Assembly (NCBI GenBank): GCA_965140705.1
Contig: OZ223300.1
Location: forward strand, 1,184,001-1,248,000
Direction of reading: 5' to 3'
DNA length: 64,000 nt
Source of the DNA: an uncultured Arcobacter sp.
GTDB lineage: Bacteria; Campylobacterota; Campylobacteria; Campylobacterales; Arcobacteraceae
The position numbers and the translations under genes are program-made. Position 1 is the stretch's first letter; each line of letters begins with the position of its first letter. The notes under the pieces are model-generated. The model was not told the origin of the DNA. It did not search any database and saw nothing but the letters and a program-made list of their open reading frames with translations. This document shows, one piece after another, positions 40,570 to 50,081 of this stretch.

Positions 40570-42066
40570 ATGCAAAGGCACATTATATTAAGCTTTTCTA
40601 TTACAATTATATTATTGATTCTTTTAGCTTACATATCAATTTATAAGATGCTCGAACTTTCAAGTTTATCCCAACAGCTTTATGAACACCCATTTGTTGT
40701 AACTAATGCAACTAAAGAGATTCAATCAAAAATTATATCAATACAAAAAGATATGCAAGATATCCTTAATTCAGATTCAAGTGATGATCTAAAAATCTCA
40801 ATTGAAAGTATAAAAGCAAAAGAGGCAATAATAAATAAAGAGTTTAAAAAGATTTTTGATAAGTACTTAGGAAATAGAAGTGATATTGAAAATAGTTTTC
40901 AAGCTTTTAAAAATTGGAAACCAATAAGAGATGAAATGATTTCATTAGTTAAAAAGAAAAATTATGAAAGTGCAATAAATATAAATAAAACATTAGCTAA
41001 TGAACATATTAAAAACTTAAATAATCAAGTAAATATTTTAATTGAATTTGCTCATAATAAGGCAGTACTATTTTTCAATAATATACAAAAAAATAAAAGT
41101 CAGGCTATCGTTTTTATTATTTCAACTGTTTTAATAATCTTATTAATAATTGTTTCAATGTTTTGGTTTTTGATTATTAATCTTAATGCAAAAGACATAG
41201 AGAGAAATAAATATCTACAAATGATTGATCAAAATATATTAAGTGGAAAGTTAGATGAAAACTTGAGTTTTGTAAGAACAAGTAGTGCACTTCTTCAGAT
41301 ATTGGGTTATTCAAGTAAAGATTTTACTTCCATTTCAAATAGAATATATATTGATAATAAATCCTTTGATAAAGAAAAAGTTTTTAATATTTTAAATAGT
41401 GGTAGTACTTGGGAAGGTGAAATAAAAGTTCAAACAAGTCATAAAAAAACAAAATGGTTTATTTCTAAGATAGTTCCAATATTTGATAATAATTATAATA
41501 TTTCTGGATATAACAATATCTTTAGAGATATTACTAGTGAAAAAAGAATTGAAGAGATTTCAAGGCATGATTCTATGACTAATATTTTTAATAGAAGATA
41601 TTTTGATGAAATGTTCCCAAAACAAATAAATATTTCAAATAGAAATAATTTATTATTAGTTTTTGCTATGTTAGATATTGATAAGTTTAAAGATTACAAT
41701 GATACATATGGACATCAAGAGGGTGATAATACTTTGATAAAAGTAGCAAAAGTTTTATCTCAAAATATGAAAAGACCTTCTGACTATGCTTTTCGTATAG
41801 GAGGAGAAGAATTTGGATTATTGTTTAATACAAAAGATGAAAAAGCTGCCTTAAAGATAGTTGAAAATATAAAACAAAAAGTGGAAGAGTTAAAAATAGA
41901 ACATAATAAAAATAAAGCTTCAAGGTATGTAACTATTTCTATAGGTGTAAAAATTATATATCCTGATTGTAAAGCTACAGTAGAAGAACTTTATGCATCT
42001 GCTGATAAAGCTCTTTATGAAGCAAAAGAAACGGGTAGAAACAAGGTAGTTTTAATAGATAAATAA
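40570..42066 (+). CDS. Membrane diguanylate cyclase (4HB sensor, PAS, GGDEF)
   Basis: Two TM helices flanking an LYEHPF four-helix sensor; RPSD I-site; RIGGEEF. Confidence 0.88.
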   Translation: MQRHIILSFSITIILLILLAYISIYKMLELSSLSQQLYEHPFVVTNATKEIQSKIISIQKDMQDILNSDSSDDLKISIESIKAKEAIINKEFKKIFDKYLGNRSDIENSFQAFKNWKPIRDEMISLVKKKNYESAININKTLANEHIKNLNNQVNILIEFAHNKAVLFFNNIQKNKSQAIVFIISTVLIILLIIVSMFWFLIINLNAKDIERNKYLQMIDQNILSGKLDENLSFVRTSSALLQILGYSSKDFTSISNRIYIDNKSFDKEKVFNILNSGSTWEGEIKVQTSHKKTKWFISKIVPIFDNNYNISGYNNIFRDITSEKRIEEISRHDSMTNIFNRRYFDEMFPKQINISNRNNLLLVFAMLDIDKFKDYNDTYGHQEGDNTLIKVAKVLSQNMKRPSDYAFRIGGEEFGLLFNTKDEKAALKIVENIKQKVEELKIEHNKNKASRYVTISIGVKIIYPDCKATVEELYASADKALYEAKETGRNKVVLIDK

Positions 42067-42074
42067 AATTAATA

Positions 42075-42101
42075 TTAGCACTTATGTAGTAAAAGTGCTA
42101 A
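42075..42101. promoter_or_regulatory. CIRCE-like operator (HrcA) upstream of htpG
   Basis: TTAGCACTT-N9-AAGTGCTAA versus consensus TTAGCACTC-N9-GAGTGCTAA. Confidence 0.75.
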
Positions 42102-42170
42102 ATAAATTCAAAACTTTAGCTTCCTTTTATAAAGTTTTGATAAAATTTCTTTTACAAAAACTAAAAATTA

Positions 42171-42219
42171 TAGGTGAAATTCATGGCAGATGTTGCGAAA
42201 GCAACTTAACCATGCCCTA
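42171..42219 (+). promoter_or_regulatory. Structured 5' UTR hairpin of htpG
   Basis: TAGG/CCTA, CATGG/CCATG and GTTGC-GAAA-GCAAC (GNRA loop). Confidence 0.55.
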
Positions 42220-42235
42220 AATAAAAAGGAATAAC

Positions 42236-44149
42236 ATGGCAAAACATCAATTTCAAACAGAAGTTGGACAACTATTACATTTAATGACTCACTCTTTATA
42301 TTCAAATAAAGAGATTTTTATAAGAGAACTTGTGTCAAATGCAAGTGATGCGATTGATAAATTAAATTATTTAAAACTTACAGATGATAAAATCAAAGCA
42401 GCACTTCCAGAAGATTGGTCAGGAGAGATTAATGTTTCTTTTGATGAAGCAGACAAATCTTTAACAATTGTAGATAATGGTATTGGTATGAATGAAGAAG
42501 ATTTAATCGCTTCTATTGGTACTATTGCAAAATCAGGAACAAAATCATTTATTGAAAATTTAACTGGTGATGCTAAAAAAGACTCAAACCTTATTGGTCA
42601 ATTTGGTGTTGGTTTTTATTCTGTATTTATGGTAGCTTCTAAAGTAGATGTTATCACTAGAAAAGCAGGAGAAGAGACTGCTTACAAATGGTCAAGTGAT
42701 GGTACAGGTGAGTTTGACTTAGGTCCTTGTACAAAAGAATCAGTTGGTACAGTTATTTATATCAAACTAAAAGATGAAGAAGCAGAAGAGTTTGCAAGTA
42801 AATATAGAATCGAAAATATTGTTAAAAAATATTCTGATCATATTGCTTATCCTATTTTCTTAAACTATTCAGAAGAAGTAACTGAAGAGTTAAGTGAAGA
42901 AGATAAAAAAGCTGGAAAAGAAGCTAAAAAAACTACTGAAAAAAGACATGATAAAATAAATGCAGCGACAGCTCTTTGGATGCAACCAAAAGCTAAAATC
43001 AAAAAAGAAGAGTATAACGATTTTTATAAATCTATCTCTCATGATTCAACTGACCCTATGCTTACAATGCACACAAGAGTTGAGGGTGTAAATGAATATA
43101 CAACACTATTTTATATCCCTGCAGTTGCACCTATGGATATGTATAGAGCTGATTATCAACCAGGTGTTAAACTTTATGTTAAAAGAGTATTTATCACAGA
43201 TTCTGAGAAAGAATTATTACCAACTTACTTAAGATTTGTAAGAGGTATTATTGATAGTGAAGATTTACCATTAAATGTTTCAAGAGAAATTTTACAAGAA
43301 AATAGAATAATGGCAAATATCAAACAAGGTTCAGTTAAAAAAATCTTAAGTGAAATTAAAAAACTTTCTAAAAATGAAGAAAAGTATGCTGAATTTATAG
43401 CTCAATATAATAGAGCTTTAAAAGAGGGTGCTTATCAAGACTTCACAAATAAAGAGGCTATCTTAGAGTTACTTAGATATAAATCAACAAAAACTGAAGC
43501 TGGTAAAATGACTTCATTAGAAGCATATAAAGAAAGAGCTGATAGTGAACAAAAAGCTATTTATTATATCATTGGTGAAAATGAAAATGTAATGAAAAAC
43601 TCACCATTATTAGAAGCATATAAGAAAAATGATATCGAAGTATTAATTTGTGATGACAAAGAGATTGATGAGATTATCACTCCTGCACTACAAGCTTATA
43701 AAGAGTGGGAATTTAAAGATATTACTTCTTGTGAAGCTCCAAAAGTAGAACAAAGTGAAGAAGAGAAAAAAGAAGTTGAAGAAAAATTTGAATCAATTAC
43801 TAAAAAAATCAAAGATATCTTAGGTGAAGCTGTTAAAGAAGTAAGAGTAACTAATAGATTAAGTGAATCACCATCTTGTGTTACAAAAGATGCAGGTGAC
43901 GCACAAATGGCTCAAATGATGCAAATGATGAGAGCAATGGGACAAGCAATGCCAGAATCTGCTCCAATCTTAGAAATCAATCCAGAGCACGATATAGTTA
44001 AAAAACTAAATGGTTGTCCTGATGATAGCTTAATCGCAGATGTATCATGGGTATTATTAGACCAAGCGAAACTAAGTGAAGGTATGGAAATTACTGATGC
44101 AGTAGCGTTTGCGCAAAGACTAAACAGAATCACAGCAAAAGCTCTTTAA
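42236..44149 (+). CDS. htpG: Hsp90 chaperone
   Basis: HSLYSNKEIFIRELVSNASDA, DNGIGM, GTIAKSGT, IGQFGVGFYS, LPLNVSRE. Confidence 0.98.
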   Translation: MAKHQFQTEVGQLLHLMTHSLYSNKEIFIRELVSNASDAIDKLNYLKLTDDKIKAALPEDWSGEINVSFDEADKSLTIVDNGIGMNEEDLIASIGTIAKSGTKSFIENLTGDAKKDSNLIGQFGVGFYSVFMVASKVDVITRKAGEETAYKWSSDGTGEFDLGPCTKESVGTVIYIKLKDEEAEEFASKYRIENIVKKYSDHIAYPIFLNYSEEVTEELSEEDKKAGKEAKKTTEKRHDKINAATALWMQPKAKIKKEEYNDFYKSISHDSTDPMLTMHTRVEGVNEYTTLFYIPAVAPMDMYRADYQPGVKLYVKRVFITDSEKELLPTYLRFVRGIIDSEDLPLNVSREILQENRIMANIKQGSVKKILSEIKKLSKNEEKYAEFIAQYNRALKEGAYQDFTNKEAILELLRYKSTKTEAGKMTSLEAYKERADSEQKAIYYIIGENENVMKNSPLLEAYKKNDIEVLICDDKEIDEIITPALQAYKEWEFKDITSCEAPKVEQSEEEKKEVEEKFESITKKIKDILGEAVKEVRVTNRLSESPSCVTKDAGDAQMAQMMQMMRAMGQAMPESAPILEINPEHDIVKKLNGCPDDSLIADVSWVLLDQAKLSEGMEITDAVAFAQRLNRITAKAL

Positions 44150-44267
44150 TAGAGCTATTTGCACGCATCTTCTGCGTTGAAAAGATTTTTTGTCTCAATC
44201 ACCTACTAGTTGTAGGCTCAATCGACAAAAAATCTCTTCGCCTTGAATCTACATACAATTAGCTCTA
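44150..44267. mobile_element. ERIC/IRU-like palindromic MITE
   Basis: Terminal IR TAGAGCTA / TAGCTCTA with TA ends; core GCGTTG...TCACCTAC-tagtt-GTAGGCTC...CGCCTTG; internal stem AGATTTTTTGTC / GACAAAAAATCT. Confidence 0.7.
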
Positions 44268-44549
44268 TTAAATAAATTTTTCAGGGTAATACTTTTTATA
44301 TAATTTTATCTCTTCTTCATGACTTGAATTATTAATATTTAATACTTTTATTGATGTATTATTATTTTCTAATATGATGTAATCATCTGAACTTAAATGT
44401 TTAACTTTTTCACATTCATGTTCATTTGTATTATTTAATTTGTAATCAATATCTACTTCTTCAAGTTGTTTATTTCTGATAATTAATTTTTTCATTTTTT
44501 CTAAATTATAATTTTTACTCTTAAAGTTTTCTTCATTACTAATACTCAT
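44268..44549 (-). CDS. Hypothetical protein
   Basis: 93-aa ORF with upstream AAGGA; no recognisable motif. Confidence 0.5.
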   Translation of the reverse strand: MSISNEENFKSKNYNLEKMKKLIIRNKQLEEVDIDYKLNNTNEHECEKVKHLSSDDYIILENNNTSIKVLNINNSSHEEEIKLYKKYYPEKFI

Positions 44550-44696
44550 TTCTCTTATTTCCTTATTAATTACGCTATAGTATATATATTATAAAAACCT
44601 TTTATTTAATAATATGATTTTATCATTTAATTGAAGAATCTGCTTTATTTCAAAATAAAATTAATCCCTCTTAAAACAAAATTTATCTTTTTTAGT

Positions 44697-44738
44697 TATA
44701 ATTATTAGTAATGCCTTTAGGTATTACTAATAATTATA
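44697..44738. promoter_or_regulatory. Long palindrome upstream of the TSUP-LysR pair
   Basis: TATAATTATTAGTAAT / ATTACTAATAATTATA perfect 16-bp arms. Confidence 0.5.
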
Positions 44739-44759
44739 TGTAATATTAAAGGTAGTCAT

Positions 44760-45503
44760 ATGGACTTTGATTTTATTCTTTCTTTTGCTGTTATTCTTTT
44801 GATTTCTTCTGTTGTTCATGGTGGTATTGGTTTTGGCTTTGGGATGATTTGTACTCCCTTGGTTGCTCTTTTTACTGATATCCAAACTACTATTATGTAT
44901 ATGCTTATTCCTACTATGCTTGTAAATATTGTTAGTATTATGAGTGAGGGGAAGTTTTTTGAGGCTTTGAGGAAGTTTTGGTTTATCATAACTCTTATGG
45001 TGATAGGTAGTTGTATAGGTACAGGTTTGCTTATATTTGCCAACTCTGAGTATTTTAAACTTCTTTTGGCTTTGATTATTTTTGTTTATTTATTTCAATC
45101 TTTGGTTAAAATTGAGGCTACTTTTGTGTCTAAACATCTTAGAGCTTCAACTTATGGTTTAGGTATTTTTGGTGGTATTTTATCAGGTCTTACAAATATT
45201 GTAGCTCCTTTGATGATAATGTATAGCTTAGAGATGAAATATTCAAAAAAAGATACTATTCAGTTATCAAACTTGTGTTTTCTTTTTACAAAAATGGGAC
45301 AAATGGGTGTATTTTTGTATTATGGTGCTTTTACTTTTGAATCTTTTAAAGTATCAATGCTGAGTTTGATTATAGTTGCTCTAGGTCTATTTTTTGGTAT
45401 AAAGTTGAAAAAGAAAATCGATGCAAAGTTTTATGCAAAGATATTAAAAGTTTTACTATTTATTATAGCTACTATTTTAGTAGTTGAAACGGTTGGTCAT
45501 TAA
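44760..45503 (+). CDS. TSUP (TauE/SafE) family exporter
   Basis: VHGGIGFGFGM; GGILSGLTN; about 8 TM helices. Confidence 0.85.
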   Translation: MDFDFILSFAVILLISSVVHGGIGFGFGMICTPLVALFTDIQTTIMYMLIPTMLVNIVSIMSEGKFFEALRKFWFIITLMVIGSCIGTGLLIFANSEYFKLLLALIIFVYLFQSLVKIEATFVSKHLRASTYGLGIFGGILSGLTNIVAPLMIMYSLEMKYSKKDTIQLSNLCFLFTKMGQMGVFLYYGAFTFESFKVSMLSLIIVALGLFFGIKLKKKIDAKFYAKILKVLLFIIATILVVETVGH

Positions 45504-45504
45504 T

Positions 45505-46326
45505 ATGGATTCAAATTTATTAAAAGTATTTATCGCTGTTGCAAATACAAAGAGTATATCTTTGGGTGCAAAAGAGCTTAATTTTACACAATCAAATGTA
45601 ACTCTTAGAATAAAACAACTTGAAAAAAGTTTGGGCTATGAACTCTTTCATAGGACAAATAGGGGAGTTGTTTTAACGCTAGCTGGTGAGAAGCTTTATC
45701 CTTATGCTGTGGATATTGTAAAGAAAGTTGAAGAAGCTAGTTTAAAGATGAAAAATGTAGATTATCAAAAGCTTTTAAAAGTAGGCTCAACACAATCAAA
45801 TAGTACTATTAGGCTTACAAAGTTTATAGAAAATATAAATAGAGACTTCAAAGATATGAAACTAGACTTTGTAGTTGATAGTAGTTTAAATCTAATAGAA
45901 CAACTGCTTAATTATAAACTTGATATTGCCTTTGTAAATGGAAACCCAAATCATAAAGACATAGAAGTTTTAAATATATTCAAAGAGGATATTGTCTTAG
46001 TTGAACCAAAGGACAAAATAGCAGAAGATACTATTTTTGCATATAAAAATGGCTGCTTAAATCGTATATTTTTGGAAGAATATTTAAATAATGAAAAAGG
46101 AAATATATACAAAAAAGTAAATCTAGAAAACTATGAGTTAATACTTGCTTGTGTAAAAGCAGGATATGGAGTAGCTCTATTTTCAAGAGAGATTATCGAA
46201 AAGTTTGGTTATACAGAAAAATTAAAAATTACACAGATGGATTTTAACTTGGATACTTACTTGATATGTAGAAAAGATTTTATTCCTATGATTGAAAATT
46301 ATTTAAGAGCTATAAAATTGATATAA
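45505..46326 (+). CDS. LysR-family regulator
   Basis: LKVFIAVA..SISLGAKELNFTQSNVTLRIKQLE HTH; ATG at 45505. Confidence 0.92.
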   Translation: MDSNLLKVFIAVANTKSISLGAKELNFTQSNVTLRIKQLEKSLGYELFHRTNRGVVLTLAGEKLYPYAVDIVKKVEEASLKMKNVDYQKLLKVGSTQSNSTIRLTKFIENINRDFKDMKLDFVVDSSLNLIEQLLNYKLDIAFVNGNPNHKDIEVLNIFKEDIVLVEPKDKIAEDTIFAYKNGCLNRIFLEEYLNNEKGNIYKKVNLENYELILACVKAGYGVALFSREIIEKFGYTEKLKITQMDFNLDTYLICRKDFIPMIENYLRAIKLI

Positions 46327-46392
46327 AAACTATTTTACTTATAAGAAATTAAGCTTATTTTGTTATATTCATTTTTTTTAAAAAGGATAAAA

Positions 46393-46872
46393 ATGTCAAT
46401 AACAATAAGAGATGCCGTTGCATCTGATTCACAAACTATTTTAGATTTTATTATTGAACTTGCTGTTTATGAAAAAGCAGAACATGAAGTTAAAACAAAT
46501 GTTGAGGAGACAAGAGAAGCTATTTTTGGAAAAAACTCTACAGTAAAAGCTTTGATTTGTGAAGAAGATGGAGTAGCTATTGGTTATGCTGTTTATTTTT
46601 ACAATTACTCAACTTGGCTTGGGAAAAATGGTATTTATCTTGAAGATTTATATGTATCTCAAAGTAAAAGAGGAAATGGTGCAGGAAAAACTATATTAAA
46701 ATATCTTGCTAAAAAAGCTTTAGCTGAAAACTGTGGACGATTTGAATGGTCTTGTTTAGATTGGAATACTCCTTCAAGAGAGTTTTATGAAAGCCTTGGT
46801 GCTGTTGCTCAAACTGAGTGGGTAGGGTATAGACTTGAAGGTGAGACTTTAAATAATTTTGCCAATAGTTAA
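46393..46872 (+). CDS. GNAT acetyltransferase (SSAT/diamine acetyltransferase-like)
   Basis: ELAVYEK, YSTWLGKNGIYLEDLYV, RGNGAG, LDWNTP. Confidence 0.88.
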   Translation: MSITIRDAVASDSQTILDFIIELAVYEKAEHEVKTNVEETREAIFGKNSTVKALICEEDGVAIGYAVYFYNYSTWLGKNGIYLEDLYVSQSKRGNGAGKTILKYLAKKALAENCGRFEWSCLDWNTPSREFYESLGAVAQTEWVGYRLEGETLNNFANS

Positions 46873-46876
46873 CAAT

Positions 46877-46905
46877 TGATGCCATAATTTTATGGCATCA
46901 TTTTT
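46877..46905. terminator. Terminator between convergent genes
   Basis: TGATGCCATAA / TTATGGCATCA plus T run. Confidence 0.7.
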
Positions 46906-47776
46906 ATTTATTTTTTAACTCTATTGTACAAGTTGTACCTGCTCTTAAGGTATATCCTTTTGGCACTTCATCTATAGCTATTCTTACAGGTATTCTTTGT
47001 GCTAGTCTAACCCATGTAAATGATGGATTTACATTTGCTAATAATCCTTTTCCAATTTTATTATCTCTATCTGTAATTCCAGTTGCTATACTTTGAACAT
47101 GTCCTTTTATTGTAAGGTCAGTTCCAAGTGGATTCATGAATGCTTTATCACCTATTTTTATTTTTGTAAGTTTATGTTCTTCAAAATAACCATAAACCCA
47201 AAAGCTGTTTTCATTTAACATAGAGATATGACTTTGACCTTTTTGAATAAAATCACCTTTTTTTAGAAGTAAGTTATTTATCCAACCACTTGTAGGTGCA
47301 TAGACGGTAGCTCTTTGTAAATCAAGTTTTGTAATGTCTAGTTTTGAAAGGGCTTCATTTAACTCCTCTTTTGCCATAAGTAAATTATATTTTGCATCAT
47401 CTTTTACATCTTTTGGAATAATACTATCATCACCTTTTATTCTCTTATCATATTCTGCTTTTTTCATAAGATAGTTTGCTTTTTTTATTTGAACAATTGA
47501 TTGGGCTCTTTGTAAGTTTGCTTCAAATCTTTTTTTATCTATTTCAAATAGTTTGTCATCTTTTTTTACATATTGATTATCTTTTACATATACTTTTGAA
47601 ATCATTCCTGATACATCAGGCGCTATTAGTGTAATATCTGCTCTTACTCTTCCATCTCTTGTCCATGGAGAGTCAACATAGTTCTGCCACAACTTCATTC
47701 CTAAAACAATTGCTATAGTAACTACGCTAAATGTTATAATATATCTTAAAAGTTGTACAATTTTATTTTTTTGCAT
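46904..47776 (-). CDS. AaeA-like membrane fusion protein
   Basis: PWTRDGRVRAD, APDVSG, FTWVRLAQRIPVRI. Confidence 0.9.
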   Translation of the reverse strand: MQKNKIVQLLRYIITFSVVTIAIVLGMKLWQNYVDSPWTRDGRVRADITLIAPDVSGMISKVYVKDNQYVKKDDKLFEIDKKRFEANLQRAQSIVQIKKANYLMKKAEYDKRIKGDDSIIPKDVKDDAKYNLLMAKEELNEALSKLDITKLDLQRATVYAPTSGWINNLLLKKGDFIQKGQSHISMLNENSFWVYGYFEEHKLTKIKIGDKAFMNPLGTDLTIKGHVQSIATGITDRDNKIGKGLLANVNPSFTWVRLAQRIPVRIAIDEVPKGYTLRAGTTCTIELKNK

Positions 47777-47784
47777 ATAAATCC

Positions 47785-47985
47785 TTATTTATAAATTAGT
47801 AATGAAAAACTTGTGAATACACATACGAAAAGTGCTGTTCTAAATAATCCTGGATGCCAGACAAACTCATAAACTCCTAAGTCGGCTAAAACCTTATTTA
47901 GTAATACTTGGATTAGTCCTGCACATAAAAATATTACTATTAGTGCTGGAATTTGAATACCTAAAAACGATACGATTAAATTCAT
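47785..47985 (-). CDS. AaeX/DUF1656-like small membrane protein
   Basis: YEFVWHPGLF motif; lies between the FUSC and MFP genes. Confidence 0.85.
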   Translation of the reverse strand: MNLIVSFLGIQIPALIVIFLCAGLIQVLLNKVLADLGVYEFVWHPGLFRTALFVCVFTSFSLLIYK

Positions 47986-50081
47986 ATAGTTTCTCCTTTT
48001 ATTGGTAAAAACTCTTTTTTCTTCATAAGTGAGTATATAATTGAAAAGTCCAAATATATATCTTTTAAAAGTTTTTGGTCATTTGCTGATCGTAAATGAA
48101 CTTGTTCAAACTCATTTATTAGTTCTTTTATTTTTTTCATCTGATTTTCTTTATTGTTTTTATCTTTTAAATCAAAATACTTTCTAATTAAGATAAGTAT
48201 TTTATTTATCTCTTGTGGTTTTGGTTTTGTAAAAAGTGTCGCATTTTTTCTTATATTTATAATGGCTTTTCCAATTTCAAGTATTAAAAGTACCCATCTA
48301 AATATTTTGTTATTTGATTTGTTATCAAGTCTTCCTATTGCTGAGTATCTTTGTATTAAATCAAAACTTGCACTTTCAAGTCTCACTCTTTGCAGAGCAA
48401 GTTTATCTTTAGTTGTTATCTCAATTTGTTTTGATAAGGCTTTTTTTACCCTTGATTCAATCCAAATATTTGATGTAAAATTGATAAGTACAAAACTAAG
48501 ACCTGAAAATAATAGACCAATAACAGTAGCTATATTCATATCCATAAAAGTATCAAAACTCATGTTATATTGTGTGTGAATAGCACAAGTTGTAATAAAT
48601 ATAAGTAAAAAACCAAATCCAATCAAGTTTTTACCTGGCAATATCATAAAAAGTGAGATTCCAGCTAAAACAGGAGTTAAAAATAGACACAAGGTAAATA
48701 AATCACTTACATACATGGGAATGATATAAAAGTTATATATAGGAGTTATAATAAAACCTACAGCTGCACCTTTTAAGAAGTTCTTAGTTGCTCCCACTGG
48801 ATTTGGGGCAGTACTTAAAAGTAGAGTATTAGCAGTTGCTGGTAGCACTGCTAAAGAACCATATTCCCAACCTGAGATTATCCAGACAGTTATAACAACA
48901 ATTAGGGTTATTGATGCTCTTAGAATCATAAGTGAAATAAGTACATTATCACTATAAGTGGAAAACTTTAAATTTTCAGCAAATTTTTCTAGTCTTTTTA
49001 TTTTGTCACTATTTGTTGTAAATCCATAATAAGTATTACAATAATCATAAATCTCAGATTCTAATCTAAGAAAAAGAGAAGTAATAGTGTTAAAATCATG
49101 AATCAAATCAAAATCATCTAAGTTAAGACTTTTCTTTTCCTCTTCAATTTTTATTTTTGTAATACCTTTTACTTTTTTTAGTTCATTTATTAAAGCAGGC
49201 AAATTATTGCTATTTGAATAGTTTGATAAACATTTTTCAAAATCTATATAAATTTTTTTAAGTGAGTTAATAAACTCACTATTATCTTTATTATTATTTA
49301 GTGTATTTCTAAGTGAAAAAAATGTGGTATTTATGTGCATAAATTGAGAATTTAATCTCTTATAATATAACTTATCAGTTTTTTTCATATTTGTTTCAAA
49401 AGAGCTATTTACTCTTAGGGCATCAGAACCTAAAATATCACGTGCATAGTTTATATTTTCATTTTCAAAATCAAATAGATTTTCACTTTTGCTAAGTGAA
49501 GTAATCAAAAGGTTAAATTTATTTTGCTCCCCTTTTAAAAGTGTATTTGATAGCTTTTGAGGAAAGAGTATCTCACTTACAAAACTTGCACATAAAAGAC
49601 CAATTACTACTTCTGATAATCTATCTATTCCATATGTAAATACATTTAAAGGATTTTCAATCGTAGGCATTGCAACTAAGGCAATAGTATATCCTGTTAG
49701 TACAAACCCATAAGACATAAAGTTTCTTGACATAAAACTAATCACTGAACAAAGTCCAACCCACAGGGCAAAAAACAGAGTAAATGATACTCTATCTTGC
49801 GCATATGCTCCAACTAAAATAATTGCCATTATTGTCCCAATTACAGTCCCTACAAATCTATAATAACTTTTTGAAAACACAAGTCCACTAAAGGGTTGCA
49901 TTACAATAAATACAGTAAATACTGAAGTTTGTGGCATGGCTAAATTAAAATACATACAAATACACAAGGCTAGAAGTGCAGCAATAGTTGATTTTATTAT
50001 ATATTTAAAGATGGGTAAGTCTTTACTTATCCATTCATCTATGGCTAAAGATATATTTTGTTTACTTGCTACTAAGTACAT
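47982..50081 (-). CDS. FUSC (AaeB-like) efflux inner-membrane protein
   Basis: TVFIVMQPFSG..FSKSYYRFVGT; YGFVLTGYT; DRLSEVVIG. Confidence 0.88.
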   Translation of the reverse strand: MYLVASKQNISLAIDEWISKDLPIFKYIIKSTIAALLALCICMYFNLAMPQTSVFTVFIVMQPFSGLVFSKSYYRFVGTVIGTIMAIILVGAYAQDRVSFTLFFALWVGLCSVISFMSRNFMSYGFVLTGYTIALVAMPTIENPLNVFTYGIDRLSEVVIGLLCASFVSEILFPQKLSNTLLKGEQNKFNLLITSLSKSENLFDFENENINYARDILGSDALRVNSSFETNMKKTDKLYYKRLNSQFMHINTTFFSLRNTLNNNKDNSEFINSLKKIYIDFEKCLSNYSNSNNLPALINELKKVKGITKIKIEEEKKSLNLDDFDLIHDFNTITSLFLRLESEIYDYCNTYYGFTTNSDKIKRLEKFAENLKFSTYSDNVLISLMILRASITLIVVITVWIISGWEYGSLAVLPATANTLLLSTAPNPVGATKNFLKGAAVGFIITPIYNFYIIPMYVSDLFTLCLFLTPVLAGISLFMILPGKNLIGFGFLLIFITTCAIHTQYNMSFDTFMDMNIATVIGLLFSGLSFVLINFTSNIWIESRVKKALSKQIEITTKDKLALQRVRLESASFDLIQRYSAIGRLDNKSNNKIFRWVLLILEIGKAIINIRKNATLFTKPKPQEINKILILIRKYFDLKDKNNKENQMKKIKELINEFEQVHLRSANDQKLLKDIYLDFSIIYSLMKKKEFLPIKGETI

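Noticed and set aside
42171..42219. Resemblance of the htpG leader to c-di-GMP-I or FMN riboswitch fragments (GAAA loop, GGUGAAAUUC)
   Set aside because: The remaining conserved helices and nucleotides of those aptamers are absent
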